DNA of 61,559 nt, filler included, from Sphacelaria rigidula (GCA_964200075.2; 8 parts of 8 records of this genome joined end to end with filler, not necessarily neighbours in it); one strand, 5' to 3'; counted from the whole stretch's first letter, positions 25,083-40,209 are shown. Program-made: numbers and translations. The notes: a model not told the origin generated them from the sequence alone.

Positions 25083-28000
25083 TTAGTTCACATTTTTGGA
25101 AAGGGGGGCTATCGTAGAAAGTGTCTGTTATACATAGCGGGCGAAGGGCGAAAGTCGACGTTGACGCTCCGACCGGAACTGACTTGCGGAAGAAAAGACG
25201 CACGAGGCAGAGCAACGGTGTAGCGTGTAAGAGCAAACGCGAAGTAAAAATGAGGAAAGCCAGAAATGTTCGAGCTGCCTCGTTCCCAAAAGGCGAGGGG
25301 ATACGTCCCAAGCTGATATAACACATCACCCCTGGGGCGACGGCACTTGGCAGACTTGACACCACAGTGACGGTGCATAACTGCAGGACACATGGCGTCT
25401 GCGTCGCCTTTACACATTTTTTCAAACGACGGGATGGTGCTGTCAAAACGTGCATGAGCGCGATGTTGTGCATCAGGTGAGTCTGCAGTCGAGATTACCC
25501 CTGACTGCTGTAAACACACCCAGTACTGTACAATGCAGCATCGCAGCACCCCCTGGCGGCACGGGAAGGTGACTGCCTGGGATTGTATCACACAGTTCAT
25601 TAATATGGCGAATGTGCCGTCAGCATTGCCCTTGTTGCTATGACGCTGCAAAGAGTATAAACTGCAGCGGGAGGGGCGTGCAGGTCAGGCGGAAAGCATG
25701 CTCCACAGAGGCTTTCCGCGCACTGTTATGGGTAGGAATGGGGACCGATTTTGGGTACTATATTCATGGACAGTGCAAGCTGAACGCTACATGCGTCAGA
25801 AGTGGTCCGTAATCCAACGAATCATTTCAATGGAAAAAACACGCGTCACCTACGAGTGACGTTTTGGCTCATAAGAAATGGACTATATTTCTAGTACATT
25901 TATTCAAGCCTGGGAGTGGTCGGTGTTGAGATGATTTTGTGCCCCCGGAAAGCTCGCTCCACATCAGTTGATGGACAATCTTGTTGCACTAGCTAGTGTC
26001 CTGCTTCTGTCTGTACCAGTCGGGAAGCACACGCCCGCGAGCTGCCACCCCACGTTTACCGTCATTGCGAAGATAACAAAACAAGAGCACGAACAGCAGC
26101 TGTTGTGGCCGCTACACATCAACGTAACTGCAGTGAAACGCGTGCCCGACATGGTGCTAGAACGAGAATGTACGGAAATTTGGAGATCATGAGCAGCAGC
26201 CCCGCGCATCCGAAAACAACCGAGAACGATGCTGATGGTGTTGATGATCAAGAGGTTCATGCTGTGCGGATTGGCTACGCGCTGCATGTCCTACACACAG
26301 CTATGACTGCGGGATTGGAGAGTGCATTTCTCATGGGCCCCATGGGGTCGGGGTCATGGCATGAGGGGAAGGAATCCCATCTTGTCAGTCGCTTGGGCAC
26401 GATCTGGTTCTCTCTGTCCAGATCAACATCTTCAACGTCATTTTCTCGCTATTTTCAGCATGTACAGGCAGTCACTTGAAACATGGTGGCTCTGCCGACC
26501 TAGGCATACATGGTGCGCAGTCTTAATCGAAATCACTCTTCGCGCCTTGGCTTCTCCGCTGGAACCCTCAGACACAACAGCTGAAGTTCATGTGAGACCC
26601 TGCTCTCTGCAACTCAATACATGAAGGGTACTCGCTGTTGAAAGGCGAAGTTGCCCTTCGTGCACAGCCGTACAGAACAAAGCAGCAGCACCTGGTGGCA
26701 TGCCACAAAATGAAATGCCATCCGTCACACACTGCTCGCCGCGAGAAAAAAACACGCATCCCACAACGAAGCTTGTAGAACATCGCATAGTTTGCATCTC
26801 ATTATGATACTATTAATAGTATAGTATACACAGACAGTTACTAAATACACGACCGCGGTCGTCACCAGCAGATGTAACGCACATACTCGTACTAAAATCG
26901 CTCTCGACGCCTTGGCTTCTGCACTGGAGCCCTGACATGAAGCAGCCGCCAGCTTTGTCTTTCTTATGTCAACTCTCCCCCGAGTTCAACGGGGAGAGAA
27001 AAGAAAAAGAAAAAACAAATAAACAACAAGGATACTCGCCAATAAAAGGCGAATTTTCCCTTTGTGCACAGCCGATAGAACACAGCAGCGCCTGGGGGCA
27101 CGCAACCCAAGTGCATGTTGTCACAACTTGCTTGCGGCAGGAAAAGTAGTATGCGCACCGATTTTTTTTTAATTTGCCATCTTCGATCTCGAAAGACGCT
27201 ATTGATCCTCAACCCAAAATTACCAATCGCGCAACGCTTACACCTCGACACCAAAGCGGGGGATTGGACTGCGGTTTCTTGCGTGAAGGCCTCGGCACAG
27301 GTCCGACCACCTACTGACGTGTTCATTATTCCTCCGGGTTATTCCTTATTTTACATCTTGTGCCGATTTTTGGTCGTTGGGGTCCCCATTCCTACCCATA
27401 ACTGTGGCCGGGGAAGGAGCTCATGAGTGTAGAAAACAACGACGACGGGTCCTGGACCTCGCCGCAGCAAGTAAAGAGGAAATCTTCTCTTGTTACACTT
27501 GTCACTCGCACGGGTCTGAAAAATACGCGTTGTGCCAAGATTGTTGCGTCTAAGCTGTGAACCATCAACCACATCTTGCTCAAAAACCGTCAATTGCAAA
27601 TGATCGATTTTCCATTGTGAGATCCAAAAGGGTTGAGAATCCGTGTAGCGACGCACGAAGCAAGAGAAATCGTCGAACGAGCTGGGCCAGCCTAGAAACC
27701 AAGTTGAGCTCTCGAAGCAATATCTCATCAACACAGACGAGTTGGACCGTGATCCGCATATCGTATTAATCGCCTATTCAAGGGGAAGGTGCCCATCTGC
27801 TCCAACGCCTGGGCCAATATTTTCTCGTTGATTATTCCCCATGTCTGGTAATTCCTATACCGTACGGAGATAGCGTTCATACTGAAATATATATGAAACC
27901 CTAAAGGTTATGTTCAGCGGATTGTGACGGTTTTTGGTGTGTTGACCTCCCCTGGAGCATGGAGAGACGATGGATTCCCTCACCTTCACCTCATTCGTAA

Positions 28001-28581
28001 TCTATCTCGAGATATGGCGCACATAATTTTCTATACTAAAATCAATATATTATGAACAGAGGTACTAGATGCCCTAGATCTGGATATCGCGTCTCAGTGT
28101 TGGAGAGTTGTGCAACGAAATGTCGTGTTGAGAACCGCTAGTGCAAAATAAAATAAAATAAACAGCTTTTTACCTGTTTGTCATTTTTCTCGTGTTTTTA
28201 GGGGAGTTTTGGAGGAGGAATGATGAACATTGCCCGTAGGCCTCATCTCAATTTTTCAGCTCAATTTTCAAAACTGTGATTTGAAACTTGGCATGGAGAA
28301 TCTCAGAGTTATGCTGAATTGAAGAAAAAAAAATGGGCCTTCATTATCTTTATCCGGAGAGGGTCGGGCGTTCGCATATAAAAATGGTCACAACCATACT
28401 AGAATGCCCTGGAACAGTGAGAAGAAGAAATAAAACCAGCGTGGTCATTTTTTCTTGGTTGATAACCTAGCGAGGTCCCGCAGGAAGTTTCAATTCACAA
28501 ATACCAAACGTGGACCAGTAAACGGTCCGCAAAATATTGTTCCGAAATTACACTGGTCCGGGTGGCGAAATACGAAGTCGT

Positions 28582-28843
28582 AATTTTCAATTTTTAACTT
28601 GGAGTTGGACCCTGAAATTTGGTATGGACAATTAATAGGGCATTAAAAAATATATGCATGGCCCCAAAGTTTTTTTTTCCCATGAGTTGAACGGAAATTA
28701 TCAGTTTCCAGCTTTTTGTAAAATGCCGATAACTCACCAAAAAAAAAATCTTTGGGGCGATGCATACATATACTTTTTATTATGCCCTGTTGATTGTCCA
28801 TATCAACTTCCAGTGTCCGACTCTAAGTAAAAAATTGCGAATT
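28582..28843. repeat. AT-rich fold-back (~110-bp imperfect arms)
   Basis: ACTTGGAGTTGGACCCTG..TATGGACAATTAATAGGGCAT..CCCCAAAG vs CTTTGGGG..ATGCCCTGTTGATTGTCCATA..CAGTGTCCGACTCTAAGT. Confidence 0.8.
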
Positions 28844-31137
28844 GGCCTGCAAACTCCAAATTCGGCCCAAGGCTTGCCCCGCTTGTACGCGAATGAAACA
28901 TTTCATGATCGTGTTACCCTTTATGAAGGCAATCTCGAAGCATCACAAGATGAGACGGGAAAATTGTATCCCCAACGGGCTACTCGGGCACACACGAGAG
29001 AGCAACCTGTACTCTGAAACAGCACGCTTTGAAGCGTTCAATACCGGAACTCGCACCTGACAAGATATCGTACCTACCGTGATTTGTGGGGCAGGTTTGG
29101 TGGAACAGCAGCCCGAACGCCGTCTAGAATCCATGTGAAGAGTACTCCAACCACTCAGGACAGCTTGCGCCTGGTCCTGCCGCAGTCCTACACACCACCC
29201 CTTGAGGTGTGATGTACGCCCACTCACCACCACCCGATCAAACGGAATGCAACACACGGCCCCGCACCATAACCAATAAAATCACACAGATGCGGCGCCG
29301 GTAGACAGGAGAAGGCAGCGATAGGCACGAAGAGACACAGTTGTGTGTCAAATGCCATGTAGGCGGCATCAGCCGCCGCCGCTGGTTGCTCCCAACCCAC
29401 CGCCGCTGTTTGAACTACTAGAAAAGTGATACGCTGTGCCTTTGACGACACACCGTCAAAAAAGACAAACTTCAGCTGATTTCATCAGAAATACCTCGAA
29501 GTCCTCTGTATCCTGAGTGGTAACAAGCTCCAAGGTATATCTTTTCTCCTGTCCTTCCTCAACAATCGGGGTCGACGGACATGTCTTTGAGCTCTCTCGC
29601 TCACAGAGAGCTAGCCACCCCTTCGTGGCCGGGATTGAATTATTGTAGCACAAAAAAAAAAGATTGCTTGCAGAAAACCCTACTGTTGCCCTCTGAATTA
29701 CATAGTTTTTGGTGCTGAGACATCACCAAAACACGGTGTAAATATACTAGTATATATACCCAAGCCCACTTCTTTTGGGAACAAGAAAGGTGCTGCCCAA
29801 AAATGCCTCATGCTGGGCCTTCGGCGGCGTTTTTCGCGTGAAAAAACGGCCAGGCGGACAACGTCACTTTTGCGCATGTGCAAGGAAGGTTTGCGCGGTG
29901 TATTGTTTAGGCCCCGAACTGAAACTGCGCGCACCAAAGTGTGCCGGGATCTTCTCAAGCAGTGCGAGTAGAGCAAGTCATTCCGAGGTAATGGCATCCG
30001 CCTGGCCGTCTGCTCACGGGAAAAACGCTGTCGAAGGACGAAAATGGTAGCTTTCGAGCTACAGCAAGGAATCGTTCTCGCAAGAAGTGCTCTCAGCGTA
30101 CCACAAAGAGCACAACCTTGCTCGTGCAGTCCTGTAAAAGCTCAGTTCTGAGTATTGCTCTACTGGCCGGCCATCCAAACGAACCGTTCATGTATTCGTG
30201 CGGGGTTTTGGGAAATGAGCAATTAGTTGGCCGCTGTAACTCGTTGATCACAATGACAAGTGACGTGAAACAATATGGCATGCGGTGTAGCGGGCTCAGG
30301 CATCGTGCCCAGGCTAAACAGGGGGCAGTAGTAGAACGCATAGTGGAGATTCGGTCATGCGACACGCCGTTCAGTCATCCCATTCCAGCAAGGCTGTCGA
30401 GAGTTCATGGGTTGAGATATTGTAAATTAGTAGCTGTTTATGATCGCACATGACCATTCGTCGTCCATTTGAGTCCATCCATGCCTGTGCCAGAATCTTG
30501 TTTGAGTTCTGCCATCACTCGCCTCCCGTTTTCGAGCCGCGGCTTTCGCTGTCAGCCGCCCAAAAAAATCGATTGTGCATGACTTCTGAGCGTTACTCAA
30601 CATGACGCTTTCCCGAAATCTTTATTTGTTGGGCAACTCGTGTCTTGCTTCGTCATACTTTTAACCCCCCCCCCCTCCCCCCTTTAGCCTGGTCCGGCGA
30701 GAACCCGGCGTGCTCCGTCCCGGCTTTGTAGNNNNNNNNNNNNNNNNNNNNNNNNNNNNNNNNNNNNNNNNNNNNTTAATTAATTAANNNNNNNNNNNNN
30801 NNNNNNNNNNNNNNNNNNNNNNNNNNNNNNNCACACACACACACACACACACAATGGTGAGGCACCCATGAGACAGAGTGAAAGCCGTGGCTGTCTTAGG
30901 AAGTGGCGATACCAGAAAATAAAGCAACCCATGGGAGGCTGTCAACCAAAATGCAAGATAATCAGTAGGCTTCGGGTCGAACAATCTTAGCAGGATGCAG
31001 CTCACCCTTCATGAGACTCGCCGAACACACCACGACGCTTCGCGCGTGGTGATTGAGTGCGAGCCTGGTCCGGCGAAAACCCGGCGTTGTAGGGATGCGA
31101 CGTCAATGGTCTTATGGCTATGGCATGCATGATCATG

Positions 31138-31184
<47 letters not shown>

Positions 31185-34100
31185 ACACACACACCATTGC
31201 AGGATAGTCGTTAGTTAACTTAAATGGGTACGAGAGGATTGGAACGAACGTCCAGATGACAGTCTCGTGTGCTGGACGGGTTTGGTGCAATCGTGGTCGA
31301 GTTTGTGCGACGACAATAACTGTGTGTTTGGGAGAGTTTATCCGTCGTGTACTGAAATATCTCCCTTGTCGCGCCTCTCTGTTCCACATGAATATCACCG
31401 CTAAATTATGACGAAAAAAAGTATCAGCCGTAGGTTGTATATGCCGTAACCCACGGTTGTCCGTTCAAGACAACGCGGCTGTTTTGATTGCCTTATCTGT
31501 TTGTATTGATCGAGTGTCGCACTTGAAGTGACCCCTCAGGGATTAGGCCGTGGTCACATGATATAGTTTTGCGTTTTTTGTTTTTTGTTTTTCATTCGCG
31601 AACGATTGTACCCTATGGATTTCCCCCTCACTGTCTTGATTACCAAGCTTTCGGAATCTTCATTGCAGAATAGCATGTGCATTTAAATTCAGATCACGTA
31701 TGCTCGAGGTTTTGGCATTGTGTATGTACATGACACTCAAATGACCACGTTTCTGGCGTTGGATATGCCCGAATGGTCTATGGGATGGTGAGACTTTTCC
31801 CGTATCAAAACATTGGGCAAGACGCTAACTACGCCGTTCCTCGTTCTTTTCTTTTCTTTTCTTTTCTTTTCTGTTCTTGCTGCCGCTTTGAGTGCAACAG
31901 ATTGAGAAGCGGTCCTACTACCCCATCTTCATGATGAGCGGCTTCAATGGATTTGATGGAGACTTTAGCCGTTGAAAATAGCCAGTGTAGTGTGACCACC
32001 GCTGAGGGAGACTGATGGGTGATGACCCCGTGTTTTAACGTTGACTGTCCACCATTATTGCTGGACTCTTGCTGGTATTTCTACGGGAATGGAATATGAC
32101 CACATGTCTACCGGTCGGAGTGTTGGCGATGTAATCTTATTGCATACAGTTAGTCGTAGATCGATACAAAATGTCGCCATGGTTATTGATTATCGAGGAA
32201 AATACCAGATGTCGCTCATCTGCAGAAATAGTTTATTTTTTATTTTTCGTTTCCCTCCTTCCATGTTGTGACGCGTTTGGAGCTGTGTTTCATATGTGTA
32301 GCGGTTGTCATATTTGCGCTGCTGTGGTGGATCGTGTTAGTGGTGGAAGCTGTGTAAGTTGTCCGGGGTTATGCTTACTTGACAAGCTGTGTTGCGCACA
32401 TGGGGGCGGCAAGGATTTCTTACGGTATTTGGCGTATTTTTCACGTCCATGCAGCGCGTTTTGTGCTGGAGAACATTGAAGTGTTGGTTGGCTTGCGGAA
32501 AGGTACTGTTTTATGGGGCATGGGGTGCTTCTTGATGTTTCAGTGGCGCCTTTTGGAGATGTTTTTTTTTCTTCTCCGTGCATTCAGGTATGTTGCCTTT
32601 ATTAGCGTATGAAACAAACAGGGTGGTACCTGTAACGTGCAACAAAGTGAGAGTTGCCCATGTATTACCTCAAACCCCACGTTTTGCAGTAGTGAAAAGA
32701 CGCCGTTTTATAGAGGAGCGGGGGGGAGGGCAGAGAAGCGACTTGCAGCCAACAACCAAGGCTTTCTCCCTTGACAAGTGGGGTTGAGCGCAGGGAGTTT
32801 TGCCTTTCCAATTTGTTTTTGTTGAGAGTTCAAGACGATGTCACTGCAGAAACAGGTTGCATGCTGTCCAATCACGAAATGTCGAACATTTTTTCGAGCT
32901 ACAGTGGCGGGCATGCTCGAAAGATATTGATGAAGAACAATTCCACATCTTATCTTGGAACACTCGACGTCGTTTATATCTGTATCAGAAGCGGCTGGCG
33001 GGACTGGGTACCAGGTACACGGGTACTAGTTCAGAGACAAGCCCAACTAGCTTGGAAAAAACGAAACATTTTTTTGTGTCAAGTGCGGCTTAGCTTGCTA
33101 ACGTATTTCCTATATCTCACCCGTTTTTAATATTTGTGTAACTTTACGATGATAGGGATCGAGAAAGGGTAGTACAACAGTAGCCCACGTTGTTTTGTGT
33201 AGTGGGAGGGGGGGGGAGGGTCGGAGAGGGTGGGTGGGGGGGTAACTGTAGAGCACCGTTTCTTGTGTCCTTCCCACGATCCACTTTGTATGTTCGATGG
33301 GGGTGCTCGCTTCAGTTGGTTGATCACCGTGCGTAATAGTTGTTTCGTTTGTCACGTTAGACGGCACGTAATCAGATCCCGTTGGTCATACTCGAAGTGT
33401 CGGTCGATTGACAGCCGGGCGATAGAGAATGCCGCCTTACTTTGTCATGAGTCATTTCCGATGTACTGCGAGAGAGAGATTGGTATCTGAGTGGCTCATC
33501 AGAAAGTCTCTGCCGCTGCATGTTTCTCTTCACATGTGTGTACTGTTAGTTCATGACTATGTTATAGTTTTTTTCTTGTGTCTGAGAGCATATATATATA
33601 CATATTTTACATAATATATATCGACGTTATCCAATTGTGTTTTGTCGTTGATGAGAACAGAAACGAAAAAAATATATATTTGCTCTTGTTGTTCTGGCAG
33701 TGATATCAGCTCCCTGTGTTTTTTCGTTCTTGTCGAATCATGATTATATTTTCGGACACGAGAGTCGGGGGAAACCGAGCTCTCGGTTTGTACGGAGTGC
33801 TTCCGGGAAAAGACACACACACGATCAACACTGAGGCGTTTTCGGCGCACTCAAGTACCCGAGGGGGTGGAACGAGTAAGAGGGAGCTCTAGACAGGGGA
33901 GGGGTGTTGTAAGCGGGGCGATAATTCCGCAAAGCGCATTGTACGCACCAACTGCTTCTTCTTTAGTTGCACAATGTGGCAGTTACGGCCGCATTTTCGT
34001 GCATATATATCACGGTGTGAGGTCCGGAGCTTTGCCGGTGAGGAGCAAGTGCGAAAGGAATGCCATTCATTCGCTGTTGTCGGAAAGGGCAGGAGAGCGT

Positions 34101-36360
34101 ACACGCAGTACAAGCGTACCTACGTCCTGTACCTGTTGCTTGCACTTCGCTTTATCATGGTGAATTATCCTGGTGGTCTTACCGACGAAATAATATGTTC
34201 TTGGTTGTGTGAAGGATCGTTATGTTTTGGGCCGGGGGGTTCTAAAGGGGGCGGGGGCGGGGGTAATTATCGTTGTGACATACGTGCCCTCGGCACTTTT
34301 TATTTGGAAATAAAAATGGAAAATAACATGAAAACACGATGATACGCCTCACGCAAGGGATGGAGTTCCGAAGTTTTAGTGTATTGCAGCCAGCGCGTCC
34401 GTGCGGCGACGTTTCTTTTTTGTTTTTCTCAGGAGGCCTTCTTTGGACCGGAACTACCCCATGGTGATTTTGTTTGTCGCCACTTTGGTTGGTCGATTAG
34501 TACTGTAGTGGAATACGTTCTTGTTTTTTCGTGGAGACTGTCACATTCGGATTCGGATTTTGGCTGGCAGTCTCAGATGCTCGTCAACGAAAGCGGGACA
34601 CGTCTTGGCTCAAATCGGTACCGTTCGGCGCCGATGTGAGCTCTGCCAACACCTTACCCAGAACAATCATATTCATCCCCCGCGCCCGAGAATTCTCGGT
34701 ATGCGTTGCACTGGCAATAGGGTTAGGGGTAGGCTCAGGGTAGGGCAGAACGGTTATATTCAAGAACAGAAAATTGTCAACCAGTTCCTGTAAACCTACT
34801 TCAATTGAGCTGGGGTAGAGGGGGCACCTGTGAAGTGGAGCCAACAATCGATCAGTTTTGACGTCGCTGCTGGGTTGTCATGTTTTGTTTTTCTGCTGGC
34901 ACCAAAAAGAAGCGAGGAAGAAGAAACTTTTTTTTTTGTGGTATCGAGTCTGAGAAAACTACTGTAGGACAGTAGTATTGAAACGCCGTGTGTGTGCTGT
35001 GCTGTCATTTTCTTTTGGTAATGTTCTCCCACGATGTATATCTTTGTTACATTGTTACTATTGCTTCAAACCATGAACTGGACACACGCATACGTGAGTA
35101 TCGATGGAGAAAGAATAGTGCTAATGCTATGGGAGTGTTTTTTTTCGGAAACGGAAGGCTGACTGTTGCACACACGGACCTCACCTATTTTGAGTGTCGT
35201 GTTGAGCGCGTCACACACCTTTGTTGTTCATGTATTTACATGTATGGTGGAAGCCCCAGCATAGTGTGGTGGGTCGCCAGCCCTGCATGACAGAACTGCT
35301 AGCACTCCGCAGTGTACTGGTACAGTGAATTAACTCGATACTATTAATACAGCGGATCGGACCTGCAATACTCGTAATACATTGATTTCGACCGCACTGT
35401 AGCGATACAACGCACCTTAGAGAACCGTCCTCTGGCGGAAGCCCCATCGTACATGGGTTCCGAGTGCATCTTATTGCCTGCCACCATCACAACTTAGAGT
35501 AAAACTATTATAACAATTGCTTACTTCCAAAGCGAAAACGTACGAGTTATGCTGTGGCAGTAGCAGTACTTTTCATTTTTCGGGGCTCGTCAAGGGAACG
35601 TCGGTGCTTGTTGCCGGGATTATTCGTATGTATTGGTTTTTGGACTGGATTTCATTGTGCTAGCGGCGTCGCTGTAGCGAGAGTGGAGACGTTTTTTTTT
35701 TATTGAGTCGATGTTTTGAGGCCGCATAGGGAGGGCAGAAGTAAAATAGTACTGGGATGAAAGCGGCATTGAAGCGAAAACAATAGCTGAACCGAGAAGT
35801 GGAATATGATGAAAACGACGGAATAGAAGTGCTGATGATGGTCCGAAGTATGAAAGTCACTCGGCCGATTAAAATTACAACCCATCTCGTGAGCTTGTTG
35901 CCGAGTGTCTTTTCCAATTTTCACAAAGTGAAGTTGGTTTCTGCTGCGGGTAAAAATCCGACGAACTGGTTTTTCGCGACTCTATTTCTTCGACCTGATT
36001 CATGCGACCTTATCCTTGCGACTCGATTCTTGCGATAGTTTGCTAGAATATTCCGTTCTAAAATCCCCATCGATTTCGGTTTGCGGGGGATAAATTTCGG
36101 TTTGCGGGGGATAATTTCATCAAACAGACACCAAACGCATCCTGCTCCAAGGGGCACCTGGACACAGCAATTTCCGCTGCCTACCTAGTATCATCCTCCA
36201 CATCGAAATCTTGAGTGAGAACACCCAGCGTTTGGTGCCCATGTACAAGGAAGGATGATCTTCATCGAGTATGCTCCCACACGTACCTGACAAGGAGGCA
36301 ACACCGCCGTACAGACAGTAGCAACGCTAGCGGATCCTACGTCCTGACAGTCTGTGACAG

Positions 36361-38205
36361 TCTGGCAGTCGGCAAGGTGGTTATGGTAGTATCCTTCTGG
36401 TGATTTCAATTTACGGCGCACTGGAGCAGAGTTTCCAGGTGAATTGCCTCACCTGCAGTTCGCCCAGATGTTGCGGATTCTCGGTATCACATACATGTAG
36501 AGGTGGAAATATACCAGACCCTCCGTTACATTTTAAGTCGAGATATACCAGACCCTGCATTATATGTGGAGATGTACCCAACCGTGGACAGAAGATTTCT
36601 ACAGTCAGTACGAACACGTTGTTGAAAGTGTACTGCGTAAAGTCAGTGTGTTGTCCCATCTGTTATGGACACCGGTCTCCACCTTTCGGTATATGTGGGC
36701 GCACTAGCCGCGGCTGTCCATAATAGATACAGGAAGCCATTACAGCGGCGCAGGTAGCCTTCCACTTCTGCGTGCGCCACCTGGGGCAAACACACACTGT
36801 AGCTGCGACAAGGACAGCTTTACAAAATGTGACGTAGCAAAATACCGTGTAGCGAGGCGTGATATCCTGCGTAAACGTTGGCCGCGGTACAAGTGGCTGG
36901 ATTCATAGTGTGGCGATCTGCAGAAGACAACGCGGAATCAGTGCAGGACAGGGATAGGCTGAGGATGTGGCGCCCTGCGGTGTGATTTGTCACCCTGCAC
37001 CCTGCGACTGTGAAGTAAGCAGGTAATACCGCCGAGCGCGTCACACTGCGGTTGGTACGCAGTGTTGGGTCCACACCCATAGGGTAAGTAAACTCTGCAT
37101 TGAACTAAGTAAAACTCACTGAAATAAATTAATCCCGCGGAGCGCGTTATTTTCGAGCAGCAGGCGCGCTACTCGTAGCGTGTGCTTTTTCCGTGTTCCC
37201 GTTAATGTGCCAGCGCGCCTGTTCACCACAGCGTTGTACTCCCCTGTAGCGGCCTTTCATGGTATTACTCCTCATGTTTCATGACGCTTTTCTCGAAACC
37301 ACGCAGAAGAGATGCCAGTGAGTCCATCGTTGTTGCACTTGGAGGTGTGGTGAACCAGTTTTTTCTCGATCTGGTACTACTGCCGATGCTGCGTGCTGTA
37401 CCACATAATATACCGTACCAGTTTGAAAACGGATATGCATGATATAAACGCCACCGACATGCTCTGGTTATCATGAACTGTGTGCGAGGCGCGGGAAGCG
37501 TACTTTTTGTCAAGGAATGCAAGCACGCAACCATACCGCAGTACATACAGTTTTTAGTATTAGCACGAAGAACATGATTCGAACGAGACACAAGACAAAA
37601 CATTTACATGATAATAACTGGGCGTTTTGGTACTGAAACGAGTCCACCAGTCCCTCAACTACCTACTGTAAGGAGATAGATACCACGTGTAAATACAAGA
37701 TACGTTACGGGCAGACGAAGGGTCTGTCGAGAGAAGAGTTTCAGACACGGAGCCCCCCCCCTCCCCCCCCTCTCGGAGGAAATGTTTTTCGAAAAATGTC
37801 ATGATTTTGGACATCTTGTATTGTGATTTGTTTAAATTTTTTGTTGAAGTTGTTGAAGAAGTCGATCAACAAACACTGACAAATAGCGAAAAGTCTGGCG
37901 GGCTTCGCGAGGTTCGCATATTTGCTTCTGCTCCTTGCCCGCTCTGTCCCGATGACCTCGGATGCCGGCAACACTTACACACATCTACGTACAATACACG
38001 AGCGCACGGTAGCGATAGCCTGTAGCCGAAATGCCAACATTATTTCACGCCTCGTCAAATTTGCACGGACTACTACTACTGGTAGGTGGTAAAGGCATAC
38101 GACACGGAAGATGATCCCGTGAGTGTAGTCATGGTGGGTGATGAGCTTGAGGGGGCGGTGATCTCAGCGGTCTCTATGCCAACAATCTCTGTACACGACA
38201 GCTGA
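36361..38205 (+). CDS. Tentative exons of an unknown gene (36361-36438, 36733-36828, terminal 38086-38205); TPR/kinesin-light-chain-like motif
   Basis: AG/GT-bounded phase-0 segments; FQ-EAITAAQVAFHFCVRHLGQTHTVAATRTALQN resembles the LG..H..VA.T...L TPR pattern; weak support. Confidence 0.3.
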
Positions 38206-40209
38206 CCGCATGCACCAACGCCTCGGCAATGAACGAGGGAACAACAGACTGAGTGTCCCCCCATCCCCTTACCCCCGCCCCCCCTCTTACCGGCAAGCAA
38301 CGAATGAGTACGCCCCCCCCCTCTTACCCCCCCCCCTCCCCTCAGAAGCTCCGTCTCGAAAGGGATGCGTGGTCAATGGTCTGTGGCGAAATCACGCCGT
38401 CACGATTGAGTATATAGTGGATCCTGGATGATGACCAGNNNNNNNNNNNNNNNNNNNNNNNNNNNNNNNNNNNNNNNNNNNNTTAATTAATTAANNNNNN
38501 NNNNNNNNNNNNNNNNNNNNNNNNNNNNNNNNNNNNNNCCAGGTGGGCATCGACCGTGAGGGCGAGGGGAGGGGGGGCGGGGCAGCGGTGCTGGCCGGGG
38601 ACATCGTCACTTGTTGCTTGCTTTAGTCGTTCGACTATTGACCTCTCATTCTTTTCGAGACGGAGCAGGCGAAAGAAGGTGTTGCATATGATTGATATTT
38701 GGATTCACCACGGCAAATACTCTTAACTGTTCCAGAGTACAGGTGTATGTGTGTTCACATGGGATCGTCGCGCGCGACACCTAGCATAGCCCGACACCAT
38801 CTCAATCAATCATCAGGATGAACACCGCCTGCCCCGCCACGCAGACCGCAGCGAGGGCGTATCCCACCGCATTCGACGGATCAGGAACTTTCAACGCAGA
38901 CAGGGGGCCTTCTCTCCCCTACGTTCAATACCGATGGGGTACTGGGTATTGCGTCAGAGTTAGCAGACACAAAGCAGCTCAACAACACGAATTTTCGAGG
39001 GGAAAAAATCTCAACCCAAGAGTTCGCTGTTCAGGCATCGACTACTCTCACGATATTCGGGGTATATGGCTCGAAACAACCGACGAAACCTGCTCGAAAT
39101 AAGGCGAGAATTCATGGCAGAGAGACCCGCACGACACCTACGGAGATTACGGGAATGAAATTAGGATAACGCTCCGTCTATTTCCTTCTCCGTTTTTTGC
39201 TACTTCGTTTGAGTTTCCATGAGCAAGTGTTCCTTTTTATCCGTCTTGGGCAGGTTTACCTTGTGACTACGGCCAACAATGTAAGCGAGTGAGTTCATGC
39301 GCGACAATTGATCGATTTACCAATCAACTCCTTTGGCAAACACTAGACGAGCTCATGCACCCTGAACACGAATTCACGATGCTAACATGAGAAATCTTCG
39401 GTCAACCACGTGAGCACCTCTGCGGAAGATCGTGCGGGGCTCTTCCTGGCAAGGAACTACATGAAAAATAGGAGTAGAGTAAGGGTCAAGCCTGGGAGTA
39501 CCGTCGACTGGGCTCACTATATCGCGCGGGAGGCTATCGCGCGTTGACTCCGATGACCTCCGCCGTGATTCACCCTTCAAGGTGCCCTTATGTACTTCGC
39601 GGTTGTTATCGCACCCGGTGCATTACGTTGGAAAACAAGTGATCTGCACACATGAAGACGGAACTGTCAAGCCATTTCAGCACGGAGCTGATGAACAAAC
39701 AGCACATTTTTTGCCGGAAATCTGTCGCACGACTGAAAAAACATCAGATCTAACTCATGTTCAAGTGCTCGGGCACGTGCAGGAATCATGTCGCGACAGG
39801 ACTATGATGGTTATCCACGAGATGGAACGGACGCCCCCTGCAACCATTGTTCGAATGATGAAAACTCGATTCTACTGGCTAGCCGGTAGCTCGTCTCGCA
39901 ATCGTTGTTGCGGGTCGCTGTAGCAGTAAGCCTAAACCTACATTGCGCTGTATACCATTTACGCTGTCAACATCCCTTTATACCTTGATTTGAGTATACA
40001 GAGAAACATTTTCCAGTATTATAGGCGCATGGGGGGCCAGGTCTCACACAGGATGTACTGCTATGAGACATAATTTAATTTTCATTTGAATCAATTTTTG
40101 ACGGAAAAAAATAAACGGCGACAACAGAAACTTAGGGACGACAGCACAGTCACCCTGGGTAAGCAAACATAAAAAAAATAAGAGAGAGAGAAGTACGTTC
40201 AGCACACAC

